NCBI GenBank assembly: GCA_964516945.1 | Contig: CAZFAL010000002.1 | Location: forward strand, 1 to 53,488 | Source of the DNA: an uncultured Ignavibacteriales bacterium | GTDB lineage: Bacteria > Zixibacteria > MSB-5A5 > GN15 > JACZUZ01 | Reading direction: 5' to 3' | DNA: 53,488 bases | Shown here: piece after piece, positions 10,046 to 20,244 of the stretch | How the letters are laid out: every line of letters starts with the position of its first letter | Numbering within the stretch: position 1 is the stretch's first letter | Program-made: the position numbers and the translations under genes | Notes under the pieces: model-generated | What the model was told of the DNA's origin: nothing | The model's input: the letters and a program-made list of their open reading frames with translations, nothing else | The model's database searches: none

Positions 10046-11293
10046 TCAAGTCAGCGCTTGCGGTGGTTGGATAATTCGTCCCAACACCGGCGTACATGCT
10101 TCATGTTTTCTCAATCGTATTTGATTTGCCACAGACCCCGATGAAACTCCATGCAGGCACATCCAGCCGAGTGTCGCATAACAGGTGGCCTCAAACGAAT
10201 CCGGCTCGACACCCAGCGCTTTCAGTGAGCGAACACGATATTGAGAATCTGCGTCTGAAAAATGAGCGCGCAAACGCTTCACGAGAAACGAATTCTTCGC
10301 TCCACCTCCGGTAAGGTATATTCCGCTCAGACGCTTGTCAGCGCTCAACATTGGCAGCAGACGCTCATAGATTTTCACTGCCACCAGCTCCGCCACGGTT
10401 GCAAGTATCGAATAACTGTCCATGGCAAGCGCATCGGCGCGTTTGAGAATCTTTCTGACCGCCCTAGCGCCATATTGCTCTCTACCTGTGGAAAGCTGTT
10501 GCGAGCGCCCGAAGCTGAAAAATTTCTCTCCTGTGAGCGTCTTGAGAAGGCGCCGGTTGATTGATCCGGAACCTGCCCGCCCTCCCTGCTTATCGTATGG
10601 TTCATCAAAGAGCGTTTTTGTGAGTTGGTCCAAGAGCATATTCCCCGGGCCGATATCCTCGGCGCCTGTTGCACCGGGGCGCGCTGCAGCCGGTAGATAG
10701 AAAAAATTCGCAATTCCGCCGATATTGACTATCAGGCGACTTTCTTTTCTGTCACTGAGACAATGATGAACCGCAGAGGTCGTGATAGGCGCTCCCTCCC
10801 CACCAAGCGCTGTGTCCGCCTGACGGAAATGTGAAATGACAATTCGCCCACTCACAGCGGCGATTCGCTCAGGTGAGCCAATCTGTAATGTTGAGCGCAC
10901 CGGAAATCCGGCGACTGTCTCCTGATGAGGGTGATGTCTCACCGTTTGACCGTGTGAGCTGATACAATCAACTTTCAATCCCTGTGCCGCACAATGCCTG
11001 ATAAACACTCTGCACGCGCGACCGATAAACTCACCGAACGCTTCATCAACAAGCGCGAGGCGCTCCGGCTGAATCAGTCTGTCTGTCGCCAAGTGCAGTA
11101 GCTCATCATGTAATTCCTTAGAAAACGAAACCGTGCGTTGCGCAACTTGCGTGATGTGCAACCGGTTCGTGTTGGTAGCGCGTGACATCCCGATACGCAC
11201 AAGGGACAAGTCCAGGCCATCAATAGATGTGCCGCTGTTGACACCGAGAATCAGCAGTGTCTTGCGTTGCAGAAGCGCTTGCAGAGGAGTCAT
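10046..11293 (-). CDS. anmK: Anhydro-N-acetylmuramic acid kinase
   Basis: N-terminal LGVNSGTSIDGLDLSLV and C-terminal IYLTGGGAKNSFL motifs are typical of AnmK. 4-nt overlap with upstream nagZ. Confidence 0.85.
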   Translation of the reverse strand: MTPLQALLQRKTLLILGVNSGTSIDGLDLSLVRIGMSRATNTNRLHITQVAQRTVSFSKELHDELLHLATDRLIQPERLALVDEAFGEFIGRACRVFIRHCAAQGLKVDCISSHGQTVRHHPHQETVAGFPVRSTLQIGSPERIAAVSGRIVISHFRQADTALGGEGAPITTSAVHHCLSDRKESRLIVNIGGIANFFYLPAAARPGATGAEDIGPGNMLLDQLTKTLFDEPYDKQGGRAGSGSINRRLLKTLTGEKFFSFGRSQQLSTGREQYGARAVRKILKRADALAMDSYSILATVAELVAVKIYERLLPMLSADKRLSGIYLTGGGAKNSFLVKRLRAHFSDADSQYRVRSLKALGVEPDSFEATCYATLGWMCLHGVSSGSVANQIRLRKHEACTPVLGRIIQPPQALT

Positions 11294-12363
11294 GAAATAG
11301 TCTCCAATGACTCTCGCAAGGTTTCAACACGTCTCAGCGCCTCAACAAATCTGTCTTTGTGCACTGTCCCGTCGACAAGCCCCGCGCGCAAGGCGGCAAT
11401 GCCCTGCGTTACCGTGTCATTTGAACGCGCCAGTAACAAATCATGTCCGGCGTTGAGCGCCCTGATACAAACTGCGCCAACGCCACCGAAGTTACACAAT
11501 GCGCCCATATCAAGGTCATCGGTGATGAGCGGCGTCTCGTTGGAGATATGTTTTCTGATAAGAGATTCAATGATAGTCCTGGAAAACGTAACCGGGACTG
11601 AATCAAGTTCCGGAATCAGGAAATGGGAGGTCATTACCGAATCGGCTCCGGACTCATACCCCGCGCGAAACGGCGCCATATCTCGTTGCGAAAACTCAGC
11701 TGCGCTTTGTTGGCTGGCGCCGAGGGCGATGTGCGGATCGGCCTTCACCGAGCCAAGCCCCGGAGCGTGCTTGAGACAGCAAAGCAGGTTGTTGTCATGC
11801 GCCGTCTCGACTGTCTGTCTGACAAACGCGCTGACAACATCCGGCGCCGCGCCGAATGTTCTGCCGGAAAGAGCGGTTGGCGGGCTTTGAGGGCCTTTGC
11901 GGGTTTCATTGTGCGCTTTATTAAGAATTCCATCTTGAGGTTCGTCATCCGGGCGCAAGTCACACACCGGGCCGAGGAGGAAGTTGATCCCCAGTCCGGA
12001 TATATACTCGGCGGCCATTTCAAAATCTGTGCGATACCGCGCAAGAGCCGCTTCCAGCGCTGAGCCGGGTTCAGCGATTGATTGGCCATAGGATTCTGCG
12101 GAGTCATATTCTGCGGGCTTGCCTAAGAGACGACAGACACGCCCGCCCTCCTGATCGATTGCGATAAACAGACGTTTCGGCGAATGCGCCTGCAGAAGTT
12201 TAATGGATGCCCTGACATTCTCGTGGTCGGCGCAATTTTCGGCGAAAAGGACAATTCCACCCAACGAACGCTTCTCTAACTGGTTGAGCAGGTCAGCTGA
12301 TGGAGTGTTACCCCGAAAGCCGGAGATGAACAACTCTCCAACTCTTTCTTGCAATGAATGCAT
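11290..12363 (-). CDS. nagZ: Beta-N-acetylhexosaminidase (GH3, NagZ-like)
   Basis: IDQEGGRVCRL and KHAPGLG motifs. Operonic with anmK. Confidence 0.8.
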   Translation of the reverse strand: MHSLQERVGELFISGFRGNTPSADLLNQLEKRSLGGIVLFAENCADHENVRASIKLLQAHSPKRLFIAIDQEGGRVCRLLGKPAEYDSAESYGQSIAEPGSALEAALARYRTDFEMAAEYISGLGINFLLGPVCDLRPDDEPQDGILNKAHNETRKGPQSPPTALSGRTFGAAPDVVSAFVRQTVETAHDNNLLCCLKHAPGLGSVKADPHIALGASQQSAAEFSQRDMAPFRAGYESGADSVMTSHFLIPELDSVPVTFSRTIIESLIRKHISNETPLITDDLDMGALCNFGGVGAVCIRALNAGHDLLLARSNDTVTQGIAALRAGLVDGTVHKDRFVEALRRVETLRESLETIS

Positions 12364-12489
12364 AAGCTGTGGTTGTTTGGGGATTGCTATCTTGACAGTT
12401 GACAGAGCGCCTCAGAAGGTTTCATGCGTGAATTGGGCAATCTCTGTGCGAGAAGTGACATCGGTGGAGAGCAGGCGCTGTTGAACGCT

Positions 12490-14058
12490 TCAAACAACCT
12501 GAACCATATTCCTTCCGCTTCCTTTCGCGCGGTACAACGCCTGATCGGCAAGTTGAATCAATTCCTCATGTGATTTGCCGTTTTCAGGGAAGCTGGTCAT
12601 TCCTACCGAAACTGTTACCGTTTGACGTGGCAGCCCTTCACCAATACTGAACCGCGCCCGCTCGATTGATTCACGAATTCGACTGGCAATCTGCTGCGCC
12701 TCAGATTGAGTCGTTTGCGGCAGGATGATAGCGAATTCCTCACCGCCATAGCGAGTAAAAACATCTGTGTCGCGAACGCAACCAAAGGCGACTCGCGCGA
12801 GCTCTTTGAGAATCAAGTTCCCCGCTTCATGACCATAGGTGTCGTTGAATTTCTTGAAATGATCAATATCAAGCATTATCAATGACAGCGGTTGATTATA
12901 CCGTGCGGCGCGGCGCTCTTCTTCGTTCAATTTGGTCGTGAAGTAGCGATAGTTGAATGCGCCGGTGAGGTCATCTGTGATAGTCAATTCCTCCATTTCC
13001 TGATGGACCAGCGAATTGTCGATTGCCATGGCCGCAGAGCGCGCAACCACCCAGAACATCTTCTCGTCACGTTCGGAAAATGCGCCTTTAACAGTCGATT
13101 CAGCGACAAGCACTCCCAGAGTTTTGCGGCGCACGGTCATCGGAGCCATCATAACCGCTCGTGTGTCCGCGCGCAGGGCGGTGTAATCATCGCGATGCAA
13201 AATATCCATAATACAAACCGGTGAACCCAGCTTGGATACACGTTGTAATAATTCCACTGAATCTTCCGGCGCCGGTTTCAATCTCAAGTTGATCTTCTCT
13301 TCAATAACTCTTCCACGGTAAATGTACCCTGAATCTCCTTGTTTCATCAGTAAGGCGGCGGCGGGATATTTGAGGATACTGTTGGTGATTTGCATGACGG
13401 CCTTAATGACTTCATCGACATCAAGGATACCCGCGAGGATACGCGAATTGTCATAGATTGATTCAAGTTGCGCCTGGATTTTCTCAAGCTCTGACGTGCG
13501 CATATTCAGTGTATCGAACAGATTCAACATGCGTTTCTCAGAGCGGCGCAAATGTTCAGAGACATGAGATATCACCGCCAGAAATATCCAGCAGGGGCTG
13601 AGACGCAAAGAGAGAATCAGCCAGTCATGCAAGCTGTGCAGCTCCGGCCAAAGGACGGCGACATAGGCGGCGCTTATTGCCGCTGTGGTAACCAGCGCCG
13701 CTTCACGGGTGAGCAGGTATGAGGAAAATGAGACAATCAGATACAAGCCGAGAAAAAACGGTGAAGTAAATCCACCGTCAAAATTTATCCAGACAATCGT
13801 GGCAATCGAGTCCAGAACAATTGCTGCGAGATAAAGTTTGTTTGTGTAGCTCTTCTTCCGGCGAGTCAGCGCGAGGAGCGTGATGAAGTGGAGAACAAAC
13901 GCGGCGAGAATCACTTCAGCAACCACGCGCTGTTCTGCAGGTACAAAACCGAGGACAAGCCATCCGACGAGCGAGGTCAACGCCAACGCCCGTGTCTGCA
14001 AATAAATTGCATCTATTCGGGGAAGGAATGTCTTAGTGCTATTGAAAAATATGTTCAT
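12490..14058 (-). CDS. Membrane-bound diguanylate cyclase (multi-TM N-terminus, GAF-like middle, GGDEF C-terminus)
   Basis: RYGGEEFAIILP active-site motif. About 6 hydrophobic segments in the first ~170 aa. A GAF-like region precedes the GGDEF domain. Confidence 0.85.
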   Translation of the reverse strand: MNIFFNSTKTFLPRIDAIYLQTRALALTSLVGWLVLGFVPAEQRVVAEVILAAFVLHFITLLALTRRKKSYTNKLYLAAIVLDSIATIVWINFDGGFTSPFFLGLYLIVSFSSYLLTREAALVTTAAISAAYVAVLWPELHSLHDWLILSLRLSPCWIFLAVISHVSEHLRRSEKRMLNLFDTLNMRTSELEKIQAQLESIYDNSRILAGILDVDEVIKAVMQITNSILKYPAAALLMKQGDSGYIYRGRVIEEKINLRLKPAPEDSVELLQRVSKLGSPVCIMDILHRDDYTALRADTRAVMMAPMTVRRKTLGVLVAESTVKGAFSERDEKMFWVVARSAAMAIDNSLVHQEMEELTITDDLTGAFNYRYFTTKLNEEERRAARYNQPLSLIMLDIDHFKKFNDTYGHEAGNLILKELARVAFGCVRDTDVFTRYGGEEFAIILPQTTQSEAQQIASRIRESIERARFSIGEGLPRQTVTVSVGMTSFPENGKSHEELIQLADQALYRAKGSGRNMVQVV

Positions 14059-14532
14059 ATATAGTAGTTGTCTGACTCGTCGATTTGACTGCTGTTCAAT
14101 ATCTTAGCGTTGTTAGTTGCGTATGTGTAATCGTCATTGCGCAGTGCGCTCACCGATAGTTTATATCGGCGTTTCAACGATATAATTTCGCAGAGATTCC
14201 CGGCAAATTCGTTTCAATCAGGCCTTTGGGAAGTCTGAGTTCGTTGCAGTGAAATCCTTGTTTCACTTTGAAATGCCACGCAAGTGAAATACTGCATCTG
14301 GAATTGTTTTGCCTTGGAGTTTTGGCGCCGGGAAGATTTCTTTTGCCGGATGTCGGCGCCCGGCAACCATGAGCGCTTGTCTCTCGTAGATGAATAGTGC
14401 GTGACTTCTGTCCGCTTGCTTGAGAGAGACTGCATGCGAAAGACGGCATGAACAAAACCGTTTGAGATTGAACTTTCTGCGAGGATACGCTTACTTCCTC
14501 CAGAGTATCGTCCTGTACGTGGGAATATCGAT

Positions 14533-14573
14533 TAGTTGGAAGAAATCAGTTGAAAGAAGTTAGTTGAAAGAAA
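14533..14573. repeat. Three degenerate ~13-nt tandem units (tagttg[g/a]aagaaa) just upstream of the next CDS
   Basis: Units at 14533-14545, 14548-14559 and 14561-14573. Confidence 0.8.
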
Positions 14574-14592
14574 TAGAGAACCGGCCTTGAGC

Positions 14593-15918
14593 ATGGATAA
14601 AGCACAATCAGAAGGATTCTTTTTGGAGAAGTTCTCAGGAAGAAGAAAGATGGAGCGCCGGACTACCATATTTCAAGCCGGATATCAAGCCAGCCGTCTG
14701 CGGAACGACTCGCAGGGCCACCTGCTTCGAGTGTCTCTTTTTCTGGTTGTAGTTCTTCTGCTGTCGGGGATTGCCTTCGCGCCGCCATTGTCGGCAACGG
14801 CCCGTCGCGCGAAAGACCGGGTGTCAATATCATCGGATTCACGCATCAATGACGATCTCTTGATTACGGCGGGAACGTGCAAAATTGACGGTTTTGTGGA
14901 TGGAGATGTACTTTCCTTTTCAAAGGATTTTCGTCTGAGTGGAACCATAACAGGCGCAGGGGTTATCCTTGCTCAGAAAGCGACGATTGACGGAGATATC
15001 TATCATTCGCTGGCGATGTTTTGTCAGCGGGCGTTTGTCAGTGGGACAGTCCGTGGGTCAGGTTATATTTTTGCAGAGAAGATTGAAATCGATGAGGACG
15101 CGCTATTCCAACGGGACGCCAGTTTTTTTGCAGATAGTCTGTTTTTTGGAGGGGAAGTTTCCGGCAAGCTGAAGTGTGGCGCAGGCGCTGCAACGATTTC
15201 AGGTACTGTAGGTCATGATTTGGAGATCACATCTGACCGGACGTTGCGAGTTCTGGAGACTGCGAAGATTGGCGGCGATCTCATCGTTCATGGCTCCGCC
15301 GTCCTTGATATCGAAGATGGCGCAGAGATTTCCGGTGAAGTTATCCGCCTTGAAAAAGAGGTTTCCGGTGGACTGTCGCTTGGTCATGTGCTGTCGTTTT
15401 TCTTCAGTGTCGGAGCGCTGTTCCTTCTTGCCGTTGTCATATTCAGCGTCGCACGGCTCCATTTCCAGCGTAGCTCGCGCGCCGTTCGCAAAGAGCCGTT
15501 GCGTTGTCTGGCATTCGGACTCATCACCTTTATGGCCGGTTTTTTCGTGGTTTTCATGTTAGCCATCACAATCGTCGGTCTGCTGGCCGCGTCCGTCTTG
15601 TTTGTTGCGTTGCTTGTCGCCTTGTTCCTTTTCGGGCCGCTCTATGCCGCCAGCGGTCTCGGAGAAGCGCTCATAGCCCCGCGTCGGGAACCAGGTCTCG
15701 TCTTGAGTATCCTGCGTATTCTGGCCGGAATTGTTCTGATAGCGCTCCTGACGTTGATACCGTATGCCGGAGTCGCGCTTTACTGTTTGGCGGGATTTAT
15801 CGGGCTGGGCGCTTTTGTGATTTCAGCGAGAGATGTCAGACCAGAAAACGCGACTCCAAATATCGGTGGGCAAGCCGCAACTTCAGATCCGCAGTCCGGC
15901 GTGAAGAACATAACCTGA
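14593..15918 (+). CDS. Membrane protein with bactofilin-like (polymer-forming beta-helix repeat) domain and multi-TM C-terminus
   Basis: The ORF opens with TTG at 14587 and the first ATG is at 14593. The central region has repeated G-x-V/I-x-G patterns (DGFVDGDVLSFSKDFRLSGTITGAGVIL...DGDIY...VSGTVRGSGYIF). The C-terminal ~180 aa has several hydrophobic helices. Confidence 0.6.
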   Translation: MDKAQSEGFFLEKFSGRRKMERRTTIFQAGYQASRLRNDSQGHLLRVSLFLVVVLLLSGIAFAPPLSATARRAKDRVSISSDSRINDDLLITAGTCKIDGFVDGDVLSFSKDFRLSGTITGAGVILAQKATIDGDIYHSLAMFCQRAFVSGTVRGSGYIFAEKIEIDEDALFQRDASFFADSLFFGGEVSGKLKCGAGAATISGTVGHDLEITSDRTLRVLETAKIGGDLIVHGSAVLDIEDGAEISGEVIRLEKEVSGGLSLGHVLSFFFSVGALFLLAVVIFSVARLHFQRSSRAVRKEPLRCLAFGLITFMAGFFVVFMLAITIVGLLAASVLFVALLVALFLFGPLYAASGLGEALIAPRREPGLVLSILRILAGIVLIALLTLIPYAGVALYCLAGFIGLGAFVISARDVRPENATPNIGGQAATSDPQSGVKNIT

Positions 15919-15982
15919 GAACAAGCATACCTATGCGGATTTTTGTTGAATGTTCGGGCGCTCACAGGTGTACCTTTGTCCT

Positions 15983-17497
15983 ATGAGAATTCGGGACACA
16001 CTTTTGAATTTGAAGGCAAGCGCCCCTGCAGGTGTGGTGGCGCTGTGTTGTTTGCTCTTGGCGTGCCCCGCGCATGCTGGAGAAGCATACCGCTATACGC
16101 TGGGCGCCGGTTTCGCCCCGCAAACGCTTTCCGGTGGTGACGCCGGTAGCAGTCAACTGAGCCCTCGATTTGTCATTAGTCCGGGATTCACCGCCAATTT
16201 GAGTCGGACACTCAAACCGAAGTTGTCTGCGCGCATAGACTATTTGTACGGAAAAATCTACAGTGACTCAGGCGCGACGTCGATTTTCCAAATCGGCTCA
16301 GCAACCGGTTCGCGCATTACCGGCTTTCAATCACACCGTGTAACACTGGCCTTGCAATATTTTCTCCGGCCTCAACAGGCAGGATTCGCGCCGTATATCG
16401 GCGCCGGTCCGGGAATTGACTTCTGGAAATTTGTTGACCCTGTCAGCGGGGCGCCTATTGACACATTGAGTGACAAGAACACTCCGAAAACATTCAAGGC
16501 CGAAGAACTGCTCTTTACCTCGTTTGCAGGGTTCAATCTCTCACTTGGCAAACAATTCTCTTTCGGATTTGAAGGCCGGGTTGATTATCACACCGGTCCG
16601 GGCGCTGACTTTGCAGACATAGTGAACAGTTCGCGTCCGCGCTGGGCCTTAACCGCTGTGTCTCGTTTGCAGATGAGCTTTGGCTTGCTTACAAAACGGG
16701 AACATTGGAATGAGGAAAAGTCCTGGTCGCAGTCGGCCACCACCTATCCTTCTCACAAACCGACAGGCGCTCCACGGGATTCTGACGGCGATGGTGTCGC
16801 TGACGATCGTGACAAATGCCCCGGAACGGTATCCGGCGCAATTGTCAATTCACTTGGCTGTCCAATGGATTCAGACGGTGATGGAGTTCTTGACGGTCTT
16901 GACGATTGCCCTGACACTCCGCCGGGAGCTCTCGGAGCTGTGGATATTTACGGCTGTCCGATTGATAGTGACTTTGACGGTATACCGGATTTCATGGATT
17001 CCTGCCCCTCTGGAGCCATTGGAGCGCATGTCGATGAAAAGGGCTGTGCGATTGATAGTGATGGTGACGGTGTCGCTGACGGTCTGGATGATTGTCCGCA
17101 GACAGCCGCGGGTTTGAAAGTCGATGAGCGTGGCTGTGTCGATGTGTCTGTTTTTGCACAGGCGATGGTTTTGAATATCAGCTATGAGTCGGGTTCGTTC
17201 GAAATTGACAGAAAAAACAAAGGCGTATTGCGCCAGTTGGCGTTGATGTTACAGGAAGCGTCCGATATTAATCTCGAAATCATTGGCTATACGGACAATA
17301 TCGGTTCAGCGAAGGCCAACAGAGCGCTCTCTGAGAAGCGGGCGCGGAGAGTATATGACTATTTGAAGAGTTTGGGGATTTCGCCAAAACGAATGACTGT
17401 TCGCGGACGCGGTGAGACGAATTTCATCGCTGACAATGCCACAGCGAGCGGAAGGCAAAAGAATCGCAGAATTGAGATACTGTTCCAGCGTAAATAA
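15983..17497 (+). CDS. OmpA-family outer-membrane protein with thrombospondin type-3 (Ca-binding) repeats
   Basis: Signal peptide after Met at 15983 (the ORF opens at 15950). Repeated DSDGDGVxDxxDxCP motifs. C-terminal OmpA domain (GYTDNIGSAKANRALSEKRARRVYDYL). Confidence 0.85.
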   Translation: MRIRDTLLNLKASAPAGVVALCCLLLACPAHAGEAYRYTLGAGFAPQTLSGGDAGSSQLSPRFVISPGFTANLSRTLKPKLSARIDYLYGKIYSDSGATSIFQIGSATGSRITGFQSHRVTLALQYFLRPQQAGFAPYIGAGPGIDFWKFVDPVSGAPIDTLSDKNTPKTFKAEELLFTSFAGFNLSLGKQFSFGFEGRVDYHTGPGADFADIVNSSRPRWALTAVSRLQMSFGLLTKREHWNEEKSWSQSATTYPSHKPTGAPRDSDGDGVADDRDKCPGTVSGAIVNSLGCPMDSDGDGVLDGLDDCPDTPPGALGAVDIYGCPIDSDFDGIPDFMDSCPSGAIGAHVDEKGCAIDSDGDGVADGLDDCPQTAAGLKVDERGCVDVSVFAQAMVLNISYESGSFEIDRKNKGVLRQLALMLQEASDINLEIIGYTDNIGSAKANRALSEKRARRVYDYLKSLGISPKRMTVRGRGETNFIADNATASGRQKNRRIEILFQRK

Positions 17498-17868
17498 GAT
17501 GAATTGCCTGGAATATTGACTTGATTATTTGCTGAAAAATGTGTAAAAAGGTCGGTGTGACAGGTGAATCTGTCGCCGCGCATTGCCGTCTGCGTCACCT
17601 GAGATAAGCCACACCGAGCACGATACGTCTCCCCCTGAATTCGTAGAATAGTCCCAAATATGTCCGAAGAATTAATATCTGCCTGTACGTACGCGGCCGG
17701 GAGTCTACCGAAGAGAACTGACGGCAGATTATGATTGTGAAATCTTCAGGAGCGATAGTTGTCGATGTCGATGTAAGTTATTATAAATGAGCGAGTTGCG
17801 CCAATAGCGAATTGCCTTGCTTTTGAAAGTTTTCGGATGTACTTTGCCGCCTGTTGGGCGTTTGAACC

Positions 17869-19080
17869 ATGAGAATACTAATACTAACACAATATTTTCC
17901 ACCGGAAAGAGGCGCAGTGCGTCGTCTCTTTGAGTTCGCAAAGATTTTCCAGGAGCATGGGCATCAGGTCACCGTTTTGACCGCCATGCCTAATTATCCC
18001 GACGGCATCCTGCCGGAACGGTACAAAGGGAAGTTTTTTGTGCGCGAAAAACTCGATGGAATCGATGTCTGCCGTTCCTACGTCCTCCCGGCTCCGAATA
18101 GTCGCCCGGGACGCCGGATGGTGGGCTTTCTCACTTTTCTGTTGTCGTCGGTGATGAATTCGTTCCGGCTCAAAGGTAAATTTGATTTGGTAATCGCTTC
18201 CTCACCTCCGGTTACCACTGCCATCGCCGGCTATCTTGTCAGCAAACTCCGTCGCACCCGCTATGTGCTGGAATTGCGCGATTTACAACCGGAGTCCGGT
18301 GTGCAATTCGGCAATTTAGAAGAATCGCTATTCACACGTTCTATTCGCGCAGTGATGAATTTTCTCTACAAGCGCGCCGACAGAATTGTTTCTGCAACAG
18401 ACGGGATCAACGATTTCCTGCGTGAATACGGTATTGAGCCCAGACGTGTGATAACGGTGAAGTCCGGCGTTGGAGATAATTTCATTTTCGGCCATTCCAA
18501 TGGTGTGCGCAAGAAATTCGGCTGGAAAGAGAAGTTCCTTGTGGTCTATTCGGGAACTCTTGGTTTAGTGCGGCCGCTGGAAACGATAGTGGAAGCCGCG
18601 AGAGGTTTGGCGCATGAAAAGGACATTCATTTTGTATTTGTCGGTGATGGCCAGAAGAAAGCGGAGCTTGAAAAGCTGACCGCCCATTATCAATTGGACA
18701 ATGTTTCCTTCACTGGCCTCCAACCTCTGGAATACATTCCGTTTTTCCTCCGGGCCAGTGATGTGCTGATTGAATGTCTCAAAGATGTTGAAGTCGCCAA
18801 AATGGCCGTTCCTTCAAAAGTCTTTGAATATATGGCCTCCGGTAAACCGATTGTCCTTGGCTGTCCTGACGGTGAAGCCAGCGCCCTGTTGAACAATGCG
18901 GGCGGAGCTTTGACTTACCACTCCAGCAACGCCGATGAACTGAGCGAGTTGATACTCAGATTGCGGTCAGGGAAAATCGACGGCGACCGTCTCGGTCAGG
19001 GATACCATGACTATATCCGCAACAACCACTCCCGTAGCCGCTGGGCTGAGCGCTATCTCGATTTGATAGATCATCTGTAG
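17869..19080 (+). CDS. Family-4 glycosyltransferase (WcaI-like)
   Basis: MRILILTQYFPPERG N-terminus. EX7E-like SKVFEYMASGKP near the C-terminus. Confidence 0.8.
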   Translation: MRILILTQYFPPERGAVRRLFEFAKIFQEHGHQVTVLTAMPNYPDGILPERYKGKFFVREKLDGIDVCRSYVLPAPNSRPGRRMVGFLTFLLSSVMNSFRLKGKFDLVIASSPPVTTAIAGYLVSKLRRTRYVLELRDLQPESGVQFGNLEESLFTRSIRAVMNFLYKRADRIVSATDGINDFLREYGIEPRRVITVKSGVGDNFIFGHSNGVRKKFGWKEKFLVVYSGTLGLVRPLETIVEAARGLAHEKDIHFVFVGDGQKKAELEKLTAHYQLDNVSFTGLQPLEYIPFFLRASDVLIECLKDVEVAKMAVPSKVFEYMASGKPIVLGCPDGEASALLNNAGGALTYHSSNADELSELILRLRSGKIDGDRLGQGYHDYIRNNHSRSRWAERYLDLIDHL

Positions 19081-19098
19081 TAGGCGGCCTTTCATGTG

Positions 19099-20223
19099 CT
19101 ACTCCGCCGGCGCAAACACCGCGTATGCGTCCAATCCGTAATTCTTTGTAATCCGATGCGCCTGTTCGTCGTTTTCGGTTAAGACAATCAAATCATCCCA
19201 GAGCGGCGATAAATCAAGATCGCCGTAAGAGCGCCACTCTTTTTCTCTTTTCCAATCTGTTCTCTCAGCGCCCGCTGCATGGGCAAATAATCTCTCAGCG
19301 TCCGATAGCTGTGAGAGTTCCTCTGTCCCAAGATAGGTGACCTGCTGAATTCCTGATTGTTCGGCGATCCCCGACGGCAGTGCGATTGCGTATGGCTCGA
19401 TTGTCATTTCACGATAGCGGGCGCGATACTTCATCAGAGATATCGATTCGGCAAGCGACGCCGAAGTCAGCGAGACCATGGCGGCCCCCTGCGGCATATG
19501 TCGTGATGAGCCACGGATGCGTTTTTCAGTGAGGATGCGCTCAAGTGTCGCCAGCGCGGAACGGGGATAGGTATGTTCCGAATCACAGATGGCGCGATAG
19601 TATTCGCACCGCCGTTCTCCCGGCCAGGGGCCGTTAGTTGCGCGCGTCCAGTGGATCAAATAGTTCTCAAGACGACTTGCCGTTGTCGTAAGCGGTTGTC
19701 GTTCGACAAAAGACTGTTTTATTCTCGTATGGCTCTTCTGATAGGGAACGCGAAAGCGATTATCGATCTTGCCTGACAACGACGCTGAGTCCGCCAATTG
19801 TATGTCCCAGAACCCTCCCGGACGAATCGAGACCGGAACAACAATATCAGCCCGGCGCAAAACCTCTGCGTCACGAAGATGCGGCGCTTGCTTTGCAGAT
19901 TCTTCCCCTGTCTCAACGCATGTAAATGACATTCGCTCTGAGGGAAGGTTGAATTCGTCAGCCAGAATGTTGCGTAGGTCTTCTTCTGAATTCGCCACGG
20001 CCTGTAACTGGCCGGTTGTCAGAATAATTTCAATATGAGACTTCGTGCGGCATATTTCGTAAAGGGCCAGCTCATAGGTTGTTTCGCCGAGTGATGCAAG
20101 AAATCTGTAGTTGCTCTCTGCGCTCAGGGCGTCTACAGCGCGTAACGTGGCCTGAATCCATTTGTCCCGCCCCGTAGGACGGAGCGCTTGCCGGGAGTTG
20201 ATTAGCGCGACACGTTGCATCAC
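19099..20223 (-). CDS. Hypothetical two-domain protein: SLOG/DprA-like N-terminus fused to an AbiGi-like C-terminus (tentative)
   Basis: 374-aa ORF lying 21 nt downstream of mntH on the same strand. The N-terminus (VALINSRQ..., FLASLGETTYELAL, ADIVVPVSIRPGG) recalls the DprA/LOG Rossmann pattern. The C-terminus (YLIHWTRA..GPWPGE ... VSLTS ... IEPYAIAL) recalls the AbiGi-type pattern. By-eye only. Confidence 0.6.
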   Translation of the reverse strand: MMQRVALINSRQALRPTGRDKWIQATLRAVDALSAESNYRFLASLGETTYELALYEICRTKSHIEIILTTGQLQAVANSEEDLRNILADEFNLPSERMSFTCVETGEESAKQAPHLRDAEVLRRADIVVPVSIRPGGFWDIQLADSASLSGKIDNRFRVPYQKSHTRIKQSFVERQPLTTTASRLENYLIHWTRATNGPWPGERRCEYYRAICDSEHTYPRSALATLERILTEKRIRGSSRHMPQGAAMVSLTSASLAESISLMKYRARYREMTIEPYAIALPSGIAEQSGIQQVTYLGTEELSQLSDAERLFAHAAGAERTDWKREKEWRSYGDLDLSPLWDDLIVLTENDEQAHRITKNYGLDAYAVFAPAE

Positions 20224-20244
20224 TGACTACGTAAGATATTTATA

